The notes: a model not told the origin generated them from the letters alone. DNA of 64,000 nucleotides from an uncultured Acidobacteriota bacterium (GCA_963797625.1 CAWCQI010000038.1:34009-98008); one strand, 5' to 3'. Positions 21,691 through 34,377 are shown, counted from the stretch's first letter. Program-made: numbers and translations.

Positions 21691-23209
21691 TCACCAGCGG
21701 AACGCCGTGCGTGCCGCTTCGCCAGAGAGCTGGTGATAGAGCTCGTCGGCGGTGCGCCGAGCCAGGTACGGAATGTTCACGCGGTGGGATGTGTTCCCCG
21801 CGCCAGCCGTGTCCACACGGATGCTTGCCATCCGCGCTCTTCGATCGAAGGGGGATTCGCCGAGCGACACGGCCTGCATCTTGTTGAAGCGGGCGACGGT
21901 CAGCTCGCGCCACAGCCAGCCGCTGCGGAAGAACACCGCCCCCTCGCCAGCGGCCCATCCGAGGTGCCGGACGTACAGCCGCGCGTGGCTCCATGCCCAC
22001 ACGAACAGCAGAGCCATCCAGGCGACGGTCCACCACTTCAGCATCGCGATGAATGGAGCGGTGAGAAAAGCGGCGAACACGAGCGACGATTTCAGCGCGC
22101 GCCGGAAGCCGCGGGGGTCGACCGGGGACCACGCGACGCCCTCGATGTCCACGCCGGGCAACACCTCGGCGAGCAGATTCGTCAGATCGGCACGCTTGAC
22201 GATCGGCGCGAGCGACTCGCGTGTCGCGCCAGCCGCTCCCCCATCGCTGCCTGCCGACTCCACGCGAACCGACGCCGTCTTGAACAGCCGATGGAGCGGG
22301 CTCTCGCGGATCGTGACCGTTTGAACGCGGCGGATGGGAATCGTCGCCATCACTCGCGTGAAGAACCCGAACTCGGCGCGCAGATCGTCACCGGCACGGT
22401 CCAGGCGAAACCCCCACAACCGGATGACCGACCAGCACATCGACAGGACGCGGATCGCGAAGACGAAGGCGGCAAACGCGAGCGCGAGGATGGCGAGCCA
22501 GCCGAACGATGGACGCGCCGCGGCCGCCGAGCGCGCGGAGCACATGCCGGATGACACCGCGGCCCGACACGTTCTCGCCAAACACGAAGTCGATCGTCGG
22601 GTCGAACAACCCGACTTCCCACAGGAGCCCGAAGGCCGCGCCAACGATGATGAGCCCGCGGCTGTCGACCAACCCGGCGAGCAGCAGCTCGCGCGGACCG
22701 AGCGTCAGCAGCGACCGGCGAGCCGGCGGCGCGAACGGCGCAGCCGCCGCGGTCGCCGACGAGCCCTCCGCCGGTGCGATCCGCCCGACAAAGACGCGCT
22801 CTCGCATCTCCTCGAGCGCCGCGAGCGGCAGGACGCGCATCCTCGCTTCTGGTTCATCACCGGCGCCGGTCTCGACCCGCACCTCGACGACTCGCAGCAG
22901 GCGGTGCAGGAGGTTCTGGACGGCATCGATGTTCTGGATCCGTCCGTACGGAACGTGACGCTCGTTGCGAAAAATCAACCCGGTCGTGATCACGAGCTCG
23001 CCAGGATCGAATCGATAGCGGAACGTGAACGACCGGACAATCGCGATGATCGTGTAGGGAATGATGAGCAGCACCAGCCAGACTTGCCAATCGAGCCCGG
23101 CCGATCCTGCGCCGACGAGAACCACGAGACCAGGGACGACGAGCTGCCGGACGTGGCCGGCGATGTCGAAGAGAAACGAGAGCGGATGGAGCCGGCGTTC
23201 AGACGGCAT
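21691..23209 (-). CDS. Bacterial PH-domain (bPH_2) membrane protein, YdbT-like; frameshifted
   Basis: ORFs 22388..23209 and 21691..22644; RLHPLS start, three repeats of the RIQNID..Q/E.P.HRL....V.VETAG pattern. Confidence 0.85.
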
Positions 23210-23781
23210 CGTCGCTATTTCGGGGGAGCAGGCGGAGCCTGAGCGAGAACGCGACGTCGTAGTTCAGCCCTGGCAGCTCGACGCGCGAGTAGTCGGTCCC
23301 GGCGGTATAAAGCACGAGGCGACCGAGCCCGTACCGATCGCTCCATCGGCCCCTGCGACACATCGATGTGCTGCACGCGGGAGCGCGGGACACTCACAAT
23401 CTCGCGCCACCAGACGCCACTCCGAATTTCAATGCCTTCGTCGTCGAGCCTGTAGGAGGTGTGCCGGTAGTGAATGGGCGGCCAGGCGTAGGACAGCCAG
23501 CCGGTGCCAACTGTGAACATGACCCATCCGAGAAGGAGCAGCGCCCCAGCCCACGCTGACAGATCAGCGGCCAGCCAGTAGACGGCGACAACCGCGAGCG
23601 TGCACGCGGCCGTCGACGCGGTCACGATCCAGCCAACCACGCGCTGAAAGGGAATGTACTGAGGGTCGAGTTGACGATCGCCAAGCTCCGCCGTGGACGT
23701 TGGCAGCTCGGCAACGGGCGGAGCCGCGTCGGTATCCGCCGTCGCAGCCAATTCGGTCACCCCTGGCGCGGTTTCGTCCAT
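23199..23781 (-). CDS. Bacterial PH-domain membrane protein, YdbS-like; frameshift near 23340
   Basis: Two TM helices, then VPRSRVQHIDVSQGP, continuing in another frame as YGLGRLVLYTAGT..VELPGL. Confidence 0.8.
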
Positions 23782-23867
23782 TGGTCTGGCTCTATCGTAG
23801 CCCCAGCTCCGCCGCCGGCCCGATCCACCGACCGCCGTAAAGTCCGGCTTCCGTCTGACTTTCAGCC

Positions 23868-23891
23868 GTAGTGTCTGGCTTTTAGCCGGAC
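23868..23891 (+). repeat. GTAG-type REP-like palindrome
   Basis: GTAG-T-GTCTGGCT-TTT-AGCCGGAC: GTAG tetranucleotide followed by an imperfect hairpin; single copy in window. Confidence 0.45.
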
Positions 23892-23965
23892 CCTCAGACT
23901 CCGCCGGGCCACCGACCCCGACTGGTGCTATGCTCAAAGGTACGAGATGCCAGCAAGGAACGATC

Positions 23966-24736
23966 ATGGACATCGGCACAGAACTTCGAGCCGCTCGCGA
24001 AGCCAAGGGACTCTCTGTCGGCGCGTTGGCCGAGCGCACGCGTGTGCCCGCACGAACGCTGTCTGCCATTGAACGCAACGATCGATCGGCTCTCCCGCCT
24101 CAACCTTTTGCCCGGGGGTTCGTCAGAACTTACGCAGACGAGCTCGATCTGGATCACGAGCGGGTGGTTCGCGAGTTTTTTGCGCAGTTCCCGGCTGAAG
24201 CCCCGACCGGTCCGCTCCTCGTCACACGGGAAATACCAGACACGTCATGGCAGCCGCCCTCTCGCTGGCTGGGCATGGCGACTTCCGTAGCGATACTGCT
24301 GGTCGTTGTCACAGCCGCGGTGGTGCTCGGACGGCGCGGCGAAAGCCACGTCGAGCCCGGCACCGTCGGCACAACCGGCAACGCGCCGGCCTCGCCGGCA
24401 CCAGCCCGCGCGCCTGACGTCACGCCTCAGCCGACAGCGCAGCCAACAGACGCGGTCCCAGCTCCAGCGGCGACGTCTGCCGCGATATCGATCGTTCTGT
24501 CGATGAACCGTCCGTGCTGGGTCTCGGCGACAGTGGACGGGCGACGCGCGATCTACCGCATCCTCCAGCCCGGCGAGCGCGAAACCCTCGCCGCCGAGCG
24601 CGCCATCGCCCTTCGCTTTGGCGACGCCGGCGCAGTGACATGGACCATCAATGGCCGCGACCCCGGTTCCCCCGGCGCCGCCGGCGCGGTCCGCGATGTC
24701 AGGATCACCGTCGAGAACGCCGGGACAGTGAAATAG
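23966..24736 (+). CDS. RodZ-like protein (HTH, TM, DUF4115)
   Basis: IGTELRAAREAKGLS...LSAIE...FARGFVRTYA, single TM, C-terminal CWVSATVDG...FGDAGAV..TING. Confidence 0.85.
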   Translation: MDIGTELRAAREAKGLSVGALAERTRVPARTLSAIERNDRSALPPQPFARGFVRTYADELDLDHERVVREFFAQFPAEAPTGPLLVTREIPDTSWQPPSRWLGMATSVAILLVVVTAAVVLGRRGESHVEPGTVGTTGNAPASPAPARAPDVTPQPTAQPTDAVPAPAATSAAISIVLSMNRPCWVSATVDGRRAIYRILQPGERETLAAERAIALRFGDAGAVTWTINGRDPGSPGAAGAVRDVRITVENAGTVK

Positions 24737-24742
24737 ATGAAG

Positions 24743-24763
24743 GTGTGAAGTCTGACTTCACAC
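24743..24763. terminator. Palindrome between convergent genes, possible bidirectional terminator
   Basis: GTGTGAAGTC-T-GACTTCACAC. Confidence 0.45.
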
Positions 24764-25948
24764 TTTCCCCTGCTCCTCTATCGCAATCAGCAACAGCGTC
24801 TGGTCGTCGTCGGGCTCGCGCTCGGCGGCAAACGTGTCGAGATCTTCGACGAGGGCGAGCACCTGATCGGCCGGCGCGCGTTCGGCCGTGCGCTCGAACG
24901 CGGCGACGAGGCGTGGGAGATCGTACATGTCGTCGCCGGGATTCGACCGCTCGGTCACGCCATCGGTGTAGAACAAGAGCCGGTCGCCGCCCTGCAGCGC
25001 GTGCCTCACATCGGGCACCTTCGGCAAATCCATCATCAGCACCGGCATCGTCGCATCGACAGGCAGGACGGTCACCTGCCGGCCACGCAGGAGCAGCGGC
25101 GGCGGGTGACCGGCGCACGCGATCGTCACGCTGCGATCCCGCGGATCGATCAGCGCCGACAGCGCGGTCGCAAACATCGGCGATTCCCACAGGAACTCGA
25201 AATGCCGGTTGAGATAGCGCAGCATCTCGGCCGGATCGCAGGCGAACCCGGGAAACGCGTGGACCGCGGCGCGAATCATCGCCATCACGATGGCCGAGGG
25301 GGCGCCGTGGCCGGACACGTCGGCGACGATGACGCCAAACTGGCCGTCGGGGAGCGGGAACACGTCGTAATAGTCGCCGCCGGCATACAAGCTGGTCCGG
25401 TAGTAGGCGGCAAACGTCGCGCCCATCCCGGACGGCAGGGCGGCGGGAAGGATGCGGCGCTGCATCGCGCCGGCGCTCGCGAGTTCCCGTTCCAGGCGAT
25501 CGCGGCTGCGACGGACCTCGCGCTCCAGTTGCTGGCGCGCGACGTGGTTGGCGACGCGCGCGATGACTTCCTCGGGTTGAATCGGCTTGGTGATGTAGTC
25601 CGACGCCCCGAGCTCGAGGCCGGTGACCTTGTCGGTGACTTCTCCCAGCGCCGACAGGAACACGACGATCGCGTCACGCGTGGAGGGATCGCTTTTGAGC
25701 GCGCGACACACCTCGAAGCCGTCGAGTTCGGGCATCATCACGTCGAGCAGGATCAGATCGGGGTGCACGCGGCGGGCGATGTCGAGCGCGGCCCGGCCAT
25801 TCTTCGCGGCGAGCAGACGGTAGCCCCGACCTTCGAGGGTGCGGACGACGAGCCGGAGGTTCACCGGGCTGTCGTCGACCACCAGAATGGTCGCGCCAAC
25901 TGCGGCGTCTGCCGGACCTGCGGGCGGAACTGGCGTCACGCTGGACAT
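24758..25948 (-). CDS. Response regulator receiver fused to PP2C/SpoIIE phosphatase (RsbU/RsbP-like)
   Basis: ILVVDD, LLDVMMP, YITKP; GGDYYD, ADVSGHG, CAGHPPP, YTDGVTE, DDQT. Confidence 0.92.
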   Translation of the reverse strand: MSSVTPVPPAGPADAAVGATILVVDDSPVNLRLVVRTLEGRGYRLLAAKNGRAALDIARRVHPDLILLDVMMPELDGFEVCRALKSDPSTRDAIVVFLSALGEVTDKVTGLELGASDYITKPIQPEEVIARVANHVARQQLEREVRRSRDRLERELASAGAMQRRILPAALPSGMGATFAAYYRTSLYAGGDYYDVFPLPDGQFGVIVADVSGHGAPSAIVMAMIRAAVHAFPGFACDPAEMLRYLNRHFEFLWESPMFATALSALIDPRDRSVTIACAGHPPPLLLRGRQVTVLPVDATMPVLMMDLPKVPDVRHALQGGDRLLFYTDGVTERSNPGDDMYDLPRLVAAFERTAERAPADQVLALVEDLDTFAAEREPDDDQTLLLIAIEEQGKV

Positions 25949-25958
25949 CCCGGCTGGC

Positions 25959-28644
25959 TCATGGCTGCTGCTCGAGCGACGCGGCGAGCTGGAGCAGCGC
26001 ATCATAGTCGAACGCGGCGGTCAACGCCGCGATGCGACGACCCAGGGTGCCGGGCGACTCCCCTTCCGACGACAGTTGCTCGGCAATCGCATCGAGGTCG
26101 GCCACGCTGCCGATGGCGGCCGCCTCGCGAATCCTCGCGGCGAGTCCGCGAACGCTGACATCGTCTCCGAGCGGCGGAATCGCCGCGTCCTTCTCTCCCG
26201 ACGGGCTCACGAACCTGGCACCGGTGTAGCGCTGCAGCTTGGCGAAGAGCACGTCGGCCCTGACCGGCTTTGGAAGAAAATCGACGCAGCCAGCTTCGCG
26301 CGCGGCCTCCCGGACTTCGTCCCACGCGCTGGCTGACACGGCAATGACTGGAATTGCCGCGGTCGCCTCGTCGGCGCCGAGCTGTCGGGTCGCCTCGAAT
26401 CCGCTCAGGTCGCCCATGCGGAGATCCATGAGGACGACATCAGGCCGATGGGTGCGGCCGAGCTCGACGGCCTCGAGCCCGCCAGCCGCGGTGATCACGC
26501 GCACCCCGGCGCTCTCGAGCAGGCTGGCGAGGATCCGCCGGTTCACCGAACTGTCGTCGGCGACGAGCGCGGTCAGCAGTTCGCCCGGCGCGAGGCGCGC
26601 GTCCGAAGAGAGCGCCTCGCCATCGCCGTCCACGGGTACCGCAGTCACCACCTCCTCGGATTCGACGAGCGGCAGCTCGAAATAGAAACGGCTGCCTTTC
26701 CCCGGCGTGCTCTCCACCTTCAGCTCGCCACCCATGCCCCGCACCAAACGGTGGCTAATGGTCAGGCCAAGGCCAGTGCCGCCAAGCTCGGCGCCCGAAC
26801 GCGTCTGCCGAAACGCCTGAAAGACCGCGCTCAGATTTTCGGCTTCAATCCCGATGCCGGTATCGACGACGTCGAACCGGAGACGGCCGGCTGTACCTGG
26901 GCCGATGACCAGCTGCACCTGGCCCTGCGAAGTGAATTTGACGGCGTTCCCGAGCAGGTTGAGCAGGACCTGCCGCAGGTGGCGGCCGTCGAGCGTGACG
27001 CGGGCGGGCAGACCGGGGTCGACCTCGGTCACAAACTGCAGACCCTTGCGCTGCGCCCGCTCCTCGATGACGTAGCGGAGATCGACGGCGACCTGGCGAA
27101 CATCGCACGGCGCCGCCTCGATGTCCATGCGGCCGGCCTCGATCTTCGAGAGGTCGAGCACGTCGTTGATGAGATCGAGGAGATGAGAACCGCAGGCGCT
27201 GATCGCATCGAGCGCGTCGCGCTGGTTCGGGCCGAGCGTCCGGTCGCGCTGCAGGAGTTGGGCGTAACCAATGACCCCGTTGAGCGGCGTCCTGAGCTCA
27301 TGGCTCATGTTCGCGAGGAATTCGCTCTTGGCGCGGGTCGCGGCTTCCGCGGACTCCTTGGCCTTGCGCAGCTCGTCTTCGTGCTGCAGTCGTTCGGAGA
27401 TGTCGCGCACGAACGCGCCGAAGAAGTAGCCGCGGCCGGCGCGGACCGGCGTGGTCACGGTAATCTCGACCGGAAACTCGTGGCCGTCGCGGTGCAAGCC
27501 GCGCAATTCGAGTCGCCGGTTGACGATCGGCGCTTCGCCGGTGTGGTGAAACCGGCGCAGGCCTTCGATGTGCGCCGGGCGGAATCCGACCGGGATGATC
27601 GTATCGGACAGCTGCCGCCCGATGACCTCGTCCCGCGACCATCCGAAGGTTGTGCCCGCCTGCGCGTTCCACGACACGATCCGGCCGTCGGAATCCATCC
27701 CGATGAAGCAGTCGTGCGCCGAATCGAGCATCAGGCGCGCGCGCGCTTCGCTTTCCGCGAGATTCTGCACGGCCTGGCGCCGATCGGCATCGGCCAGCGC
27801 CACCACCACGAGATTGGCCAGCGACAGGGCAAAGTTCTGCTCGTCGACCTTCCACGTTCGTGGCCCGCCGACGTGCTCGATGCACATCACGCCGAGGCCG
27901 CGGTCTTCCTGCCGCAGCGGCACGTCGAGCATCGCCCCGATACCGTTCGGCGTCAGGTACGACGTGCTGAACTCGCAGGTTCGAGGATCGGCGTGCGCAT
28001 CGCCGGCGGCGACGACCCGGTCGTGGCCGATGGCACTGAAATAGGCCGGCACGTCGCGCGCGTACAACCGCTCGCCGGAGGTGTGCTGACCGGTGTGGCT
28101 CTGAAAGAGATCGTCACACCGCAGCGTCGAGCCGTTATCCTCGAATCGCCATGTGCTCACGCGAGCCGCCTCGAGCGTGCGCGAGCACGTCTCGAGGATG
28201 GTCCGCAGCCGATCGCTGACCGTCACGCGTCACGCCCGTCTGCCGCGACGTCAGCTCGGTCAGCGCCTGGCTTTGAGCGGCCAGCCGCCGCTCGCTGTTG
28301 CGAAGTTCCTGCTGAGACGCGTCAGCGGCGTCGAGCAGCCGGTTCACGGCGCCGCTGAGCTCAGCCAGATCGGTGCCGGCGCTGCCCTCTTCGAGCCTGG
28401 CCGTCCGGTTGTCGGCGTGCAGGATTTCGAGCGCGCGCGAACTCACCTGGTTGACCCGCTGGATCAACCGAAGCCGGAACACACCCGCGACGAGCAGCGA
28501 GACCCCGAACACCAGCCCGCCGATGAAGAGAAGCTCTTCGAGGAACGACGGAACTTCCCCGCCGTGCCAGGACCGCTCGACCAGGTGGAAACCCACGAAG
28601 CCGATCACGAGCAGAATGATGACGACGATGCGCGTCTTCAGCAT
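25959..28644 (-). CDS. Membrane hybrid sensor histidine kinase (TM/HAMP-like, GAF, PAS, HisKA, HATPase, REC); frameshift near 28225
   Basis: [43 protein letters not shown]; N-terminal two-TM part in ORF 28135..28644. Confidence 0.9.
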
Positions 28645-28680
28645 GCGGGAACTGAGAATTCTCTCACGACTGCCAGGTCA

Positions 28681-28742
28681 AGAGCTCTTCACCGCTGAGG
28701 GCGCCGAGCATCGTCCTCGGCGCTCTCAGCGGTGCAAGCTCT
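28681..28742. repeat. REP-like palindrome with 9-bp periodic arms (copy 2)
   Basis: AGAGCTCTTCACCGCTGAGGGCGCCGAG...CTCGGCGCTCTCAGCGGTGCAAGCTCT, similar to 4456 and 53322. Confidence 0.75.
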
Positions 28743-28752
28743 CGCGCTGCAG

Positions 28753-30979
28753 CTACTGCGACGGGGTCGTCTGGGACGTCGGCTTGATGATCAGGTTCTC
28801 GATGAAGAACTCCATCATCCGATCGTTGTTGATGCCGCTGTGGCCGCGGTCCGGGCCAACCTGCACCTCGAAGCTCTTCCCCGACTGCTGCAGCGCCGCG
28901 ATGAGCTGCATCATATTCGAGGGGTGCACGTTGTTGTCGGCGGTCCCGTAGTAAAGCATCAGGCGGCCCTTCAGCTGGTTCGCATACGTCATCGCGCTTC
29001 CCGCTTCATAGCCGGCCTTGTTCTCCTGCGGTATCCACATGTAGCGCTCGGTGTAAATCGAGTCGTAGTGGTTCCAGGCCGTGACCGGCGACGAGGCCGA
29101 CGCCGCCGCATACACGTCGGGGTAACGCAGGATCGACAGGACTGAGGAGTAGCCGCCATAGGACGTGCCGTAGATGCCGATGCGCGCCCGGTCGACGTAC
29201 GGGCGGTTCCCGAGCGCCTTCACCCCTTCGGCCATGTCGTCGATCTCGACCTGCCCGAGCTTGAGGTAAATCGAATCGAGCGTCCGTTTGCCCATCCCCG
29301 GCGCCGCGCGCGAATCGAGGTTGACGATCAGAAAGCCGTACTCGGCCACAGCGCTCGGGGTGACGAACGTCTCGCGGGCCGTGTTACTGGCCGACGCGGG
29401 ACCGCCGTAGACGGGCACGAGCACCGGATACTTCCTGGCCGGATCGAAGTTCGACGGAAACTGAATCAGCCCTCGCAGCACCGTTTTGCCATCGGCAGCC
29501 TTGTAGGTGAACATCTCGGCTTTCTTCAGGCCGAGTTCGTTGAACTTCGTCAAGTCGCTCTTGGCGATCTCGGCGACGACCTTCCCCGACCCGTCGACGA
29601 TCCGGGTCGCAGGCGGGACGTCGTGCGTCTGATAGGTGTCGAGGAAGTACTTGTTGTCAGGCGAAATGCCGCAGCTCGCGGCCCCGCCAAAGGCCCCACG
29701 CCCTCCGCCTCCCGCCGGCGCGGCGGCCACGCAGGAGCCCACGGTGTGATGGAACGCGGGATCCGTCAGGCGGACATCGCCCTTCCCATCGAGACCGACC
29801 CGGTGGAGCTGCAGCTTCAGATGGTTGTCGCCATCGCGTGCGGTGTAGAACACGACCCCTGCGGACTCGTCGACCTTGACGAGGCCGGTGACCTCGAACG
29901 ACGTGTGGTTCGTCAGCGGCGTGATGAGCGATCCGTTGAGGTCATAGAGGTAGAGATTGGCAAAGCCGTTACGCTCCGACTCCCAGATGAATCGCCGGCC
30001 GTCGCCCGGTTGCTTGAGAAACTGCATCAGCGGCCGGTTGTCGATCCAGCCCGTCGGCCACTCTTCGTGGATGATGACGCGGGCGGCGCCCGAGTCGGGG
30101 TTGGCCGCAATCAGCTCGAGCACGTTCTGGCGGCGGTTCGTGCGATTGAAGAGCAGCTCACGCCCGTCAGGCGACCACGAGACGCGATAGACGTAGTGCC
30201 CGACGACGTCGTTGTCGAAGGGCTTGCCGCTGCGAACGTCGACCCTCGTGCTCTTCTTCGTGGCGACGTCGTAGACGAAGAGATCGACGATTGGGTTGGC
30301 CGCACCGGCCTTGGGGTAGGCTTCGACGTCGTTGGTGCTCTGAATCTTGGTTTGATCGAGCTGAAGGTTGTAGTCGACGACCTGTTTTTCGTCGAAGCGG
30401 TAGTACGCGACCTTGCGGCTGTCGGGCGACCACCAGATGGCGCTCGTCTGGCTGAGCTCTTCGCCGTAGACCCAGCTCGCCGTACCGTATTTGATGCGAT
30501 CCTTGTCGTTGCCGTCAGTCGTGATCGCCGACTCGTTCGCCCCGTCGACGTCGCTCACCCACAAATTGCGATCGCGGTAGAACGCTTTCAGCTTGCCGTC
30601 GGGGGCGTCGGCCGTGGCGGCCTGCCGGCCGCGTTCGATGCCCGTGCCTCCGCGTCCACCACCGCGTCCGCCGCGGCCGCCAGCGTCCGGTCGCCGCACC
30701 AAGCTCGGTTGCGCTGCGAGTGGCAACGTCGAAGCGATACCGCTTGCCATCGAGCACGTACTCGACACTGGCGCTGTCGGCACTCCAGGTTCCGCTGACG
30801 GCGCCCGAACGCACGGCGCCGTTCAGCTGCGCGCTGACCTTCTGATACTGCGCGTACCCCGGCATCGTCTTCAGGCGATCCTGGGCGCTCGTCGCGACAT
30901 GGAACAGGGCGACGCCGACGAGACCGAACGACAGCGCGGTTCCTGCGCGGGCAACCGCTCCAGGCTGATAGCGACTCAC
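28753..30979 (-). CDS. S9B dipeptidyl peptidase IV family protein, secreted; frameshifted near 30690
   Basis: WVYGEE, WWSPDS, YPKAG, nucleophile GTSYGG, DNNVH, terminal GH; GTG start 30979 with AGGAG. Confidence 0.9.
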
Positions 30980-31118
30980 GTAGTGCTCCTTAGAATGAAT
31001 TCGGAAGAGAGCGCGCGCAGGCATGACGCGGCGCGTCGATCAGTAACGATACCAGATATTCGCGAGGGGCTTCCCGCGGCGCGCGGTTGCGAACCGCGGG
31101 CCGCCTGTCCGACACCGT

Positions 31119-31544
31119 CTACGCCAGATATTTCTTGAAATATTCAGCTCTGGAAGCGTAGCCCAGGCGCTCGTAGAAGGGTCCTGCGCTCCTCGTTGCG
31201 AGCGCGACGTGGGTGCACTGCTGGCGCGCCGCCCACGCCTCGAACTCGTTCATCAGTCTGGCACCAAGGCCTGCGCCGCGCGCGTCCGGGACCACGAGGA
31301 TTTCATCCACCCAGGCGGTCGCCCCAGCGGCATAGAACGCATCGCGGGTGGATCCTGATACGTACCCCACCAACCGGGTGCCCAGCACAGCGACGAATAT
31401 GGCCGAGCGGGAATCGGCCAGCTTCGATTGCAGGATCGCGCGAAACACGTCCAGCGCGCACGGTGTCGGGGTCGGGAACAGGCTCGTGAGCTCAAACAGC
31501 GCGAGTTCGTCGGCGGACGTCACGGCTCTGACGGTCACATCCAT
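31119..31544 (-). CDS. GNAT family N-acetyltransferase
   Basis: VDEILVVPDARGAGLGARLM (motif A), FYERLGY; ATG 31544 lies 7 nt after TAGAAT. Confidence 0.85.
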   Translation of the reverse strand: MDVTVRAVTSADELALFELTSLFPTPTPCALDVFRAILQSKLADSRSAIFVAVLGTRLVGYVSGSTRDAFYAAGATAWVDEILVVPDARGAGLGARLMNEFEAWAARQQCTHVALATRSAGPFYERLGYASRAEYFKKYLA

Positions 31545-31551
31545 CGCCGCT

Positions 31552-31557
31552 ATTCTA
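31552..31557 (-). promoter_or_regulatory. -10 box of a probable leaderless GNAT transcript
   Basis: TAGAAT on the minus strand 7 nt before ATG, no Shine-Dalgarno. Confidence 0.5.
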
Positions 31558-31588
31558 CGGTCCATGTATCCGATCGACTTTCCTGACG

Positions 31589-31778
31589 TCACGACCCCCG
31601 CCCCGATCGTTTCGTGAGCTCGTCCCACCGCGGGTGCCGGTGCCGCCTGCCGATCACCGGCACAAAGCGCACCAGGAGCAGCACCGTCCAGCAAAACGCG
31701 TACCATCACCGCCGCCACCGCCGCCAACAGGCCGACGATGATGCCCAGGGCAGAGACGATCTGAAGAAACGTCCTCAC
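31589..31778 (-). CDS. Small membrane protein (about 62 aa) after correcting one extra base
   Basis: Stitched: MRTFLQIVSALGIIVGLLAAVAAVMYAFCWTVLLLVRFVPVIGRRHRHPRWDELTKRSGRGS*. Confidence 0.45.
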
Positions 31779-31800
31779 GATAGCCGACCCGTTGACGCGC

Positions 31801-34268
31801 TCATTGGCTGCGCAGCGCGACGGCTGGATCGACACGCGCGGCGCGCACGGCGGGAATCAGCGCCGCGAGCACGGCCGTGCCGAGCATCGTCACCGCAACC
31901 ACGGCCAGCGTGACCGGATCTCTGGCGGTCACACCGACGAGGACCCCTTCGAGGAGGCGACCCGCGATAAACGGCCAGCGCAATCCCCAGCGCAAGTCCT
32001 GGCGCCGCATTCCTGAGGCTTTCGCGGACGATTCGGCCGGCGATGAGGGCTGGTGATGCGCCCAGCGCGAGCCGTATGCCAATCTCCCGGGTCCGGCTGG
32101 CGACGAGCAGCGAGAGCACGCCGTATACCCCGAGTGCCGCGAGCGCCAGCGCCGCACCAGAGAAACCGCTGATCACGTTGGCCGTGACGCTGCGCGCGAC
32201 GAGCTGATCGTCGAGGATGTCAGTCAAGCGTCCGCGCCGTGCTGACGGTTGCGGCTGGTTCGACGGCCCGGACGCCTGCGCGCAGGTCCCGCGCGACGGC
32301 GCGAATCTCACGCGCCGCGTTTGGTGTCTGGTTCATGCGGAGCAGCAGCGTGAAGCCGGTCTGGGGGAATTGTCGCGTGCTGAGATAGACAGCGGCCTCG
32401 CTGGGCGACTCGAGGCCTCGGAACCGCTCGTTCTCGACCACGCCGACGATCTCGAACTCTCCAGGGGCGGCTGACGCCCCAGGTCCCCTGCGGGGCCGCG
32501 CTCCGCAGGCGACGTCCCACGAGCGGTCGCGCCGTGCTCGCGCACGAAGGCCTCGTTGACCACTGCGACGCCTGGCCGGCCGAGACCATCCTCATCGCTG
32601 AAGGTCCGACCGGACAGGATGTCGACGTCGAGCGCGTCGAAGTAGCTGGCGCTCACGATGCGCAGCTGCGCCTGGCCGCGAATTTCGCTGTCGGCGCCGG
32701 CGTCGGCGCCATCGAGCCGCACGGCGTCCATCCAGTTCGCCTCGAGCGGATGGTCGTACGCGAGTGCCGCGGCGCGAACCTCCGCTCGATTCTCGAACGA
32801 TTGTCGAACTGCGGTCTCGAACGCGGCGATCTTCGCCGGCGTATCGCGAGCGGCCGGCAGGCCGATTTCGGCAGTCACGACGCCGTCGAGAACGAAGCCG
32901 GGATCGGTGGATCGGTACAGGACCAGAGAGATTGCATCAAGAGCGCGGCTGACACGACCAGGGTGATCGAAACCGCCACCTGGCCGGCGACGAGCACGCG
33001 AAACACCGAGCCTCGGGCGCCTGGCGCGACTCCGCGTGGAGTTGGGCCCGATCGGAGCAAGTGCCCCACAGGCCACGCCGCAATCAGCACACCCGAACCG
33101 ATCGCGGTCAGCGTGGCGACGATCGCGACGCGGAAATCGAGGACGGCTGAGGTGAGAAACGGCAGGTTCGGTGGAAGCCGTTCGGGAAGTGCCGCAAGGA
33201 CGTAATCCGCGACGAGCATTCCAGTCGCGCCGGCGACGAGCGCCAGGATCATGGCCTCGACGGCCAGCTGGCCGGCAAGCCGTCCTGCCGTGGCGCCGAG
33301 CGCCGCCCGGACGGCTATTTCGGCACGGCGACTTTCAAACGCCGAAATCTGCAGCGCGGCGAGATTGGCGCAGGCGACCAGCAGGAAGGCGACCGCGGCG
33401 CCGGTCAGCGCCAGCAACGGCAGTCGCGCGTCGCGAACGAACTGCTCCCTGATCGGGCGTCACGGCGCCGCCGTGCGGATCGGCAGCGGCCGGAGCGGCA
33501 ATCCTCATCAGCTCGTCGGTCGCGTGCTGCATTGAGATGCCGGGAGCCAGCCGGGCCACGACGCCGAACACGTGACTCCTCGTGTTCGTATCGAGCGCCG
33601 GAGTGCGGGCGATCGGAACCCAGCATTCTCGCAGCGACGCGTCGATCGACACCGAGGCGGGGTTGGACGGCCAGCCCGGGAACACAACTGGCGGCATGAC
33701 GCCAATAACGGTGTACACCAGGCCGTTCAGTCGAACCGACTGGCCGAGCACGTCGGCGCGGCCGCCGAGGCGTTGCTGCCAGAACGCATGCGACAGCACC
33801 AGCACCTGATGCTGTCCAGGGATCTCATCAGCGGTTGTGAACGCGCGCCCAAGAACCGGCGCCACGCCGAGCGTCTCGAAGAACGCCGCCGAGACTCGGC
33901 CGCCGCGCACTGATGTCACGCCATCGGCGCCTTCCAGAGAGAATCCGGCAGCGCCGAAGAGGGCCATCGACGCGAAGGCGCGCGATTGCTGGCGCCACTC
34001 AGCAAAGCGTCCGCTCGTGACGCGAAAGACCTCGCGACGACCGTCGCGCTCCGAGGCCTCCCAGACAAAGACGAGCCGATCGGCGTCGCGAAACGGGAGG
34101 GGCCTCCAGAGGACGGCGGTGGCGAGCCCGTAGGCGACCGTCGTCGCGGCAATCCCGAGGGTCAACGTGCCGACGACCGCGGCCGTGTAGAGGGGCCGTC
34201 GCGTCGCGTGACCGAAGAGCGCCACGGACATCTCGGGCGATCGTCGTAAACGTCGTGAACGTCAACAT
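31801..34268 (-). CDS. ADOP-type duplicated ABC permease (MacB/FtsX domains); several frameshifts
   Basis: Fragments: LWRPLPFRDADRLV, LLVACANLAAL, RRAEIAVRAALGA, GVYGV..RTREIGIRLALGA, IPAVRAARVDP. Confidence 0.85.
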
Positions 34269-34377
34269 GCGCCTCCCGTTGGTGACCGTGACCGCGGACA
34301 GCCTTAATCAGGATCCGCGACATTATGCGCCAGGCGACACGCCACCGACACTGGCTGGCCCGGATTCGACATTGACA

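Noticed and set aside
21179-22132. 317-aa ORF spanning the structured intergenic element
   Set aside because: Translation consists of repeat-derived and out-of-frame ydbT sequence with no protein-like features
24758-28644. Hybrid kinase plus REC-PP2C pair as a novel system
   Set aside because: Common signalling architecture; nothing unusual besides one indel
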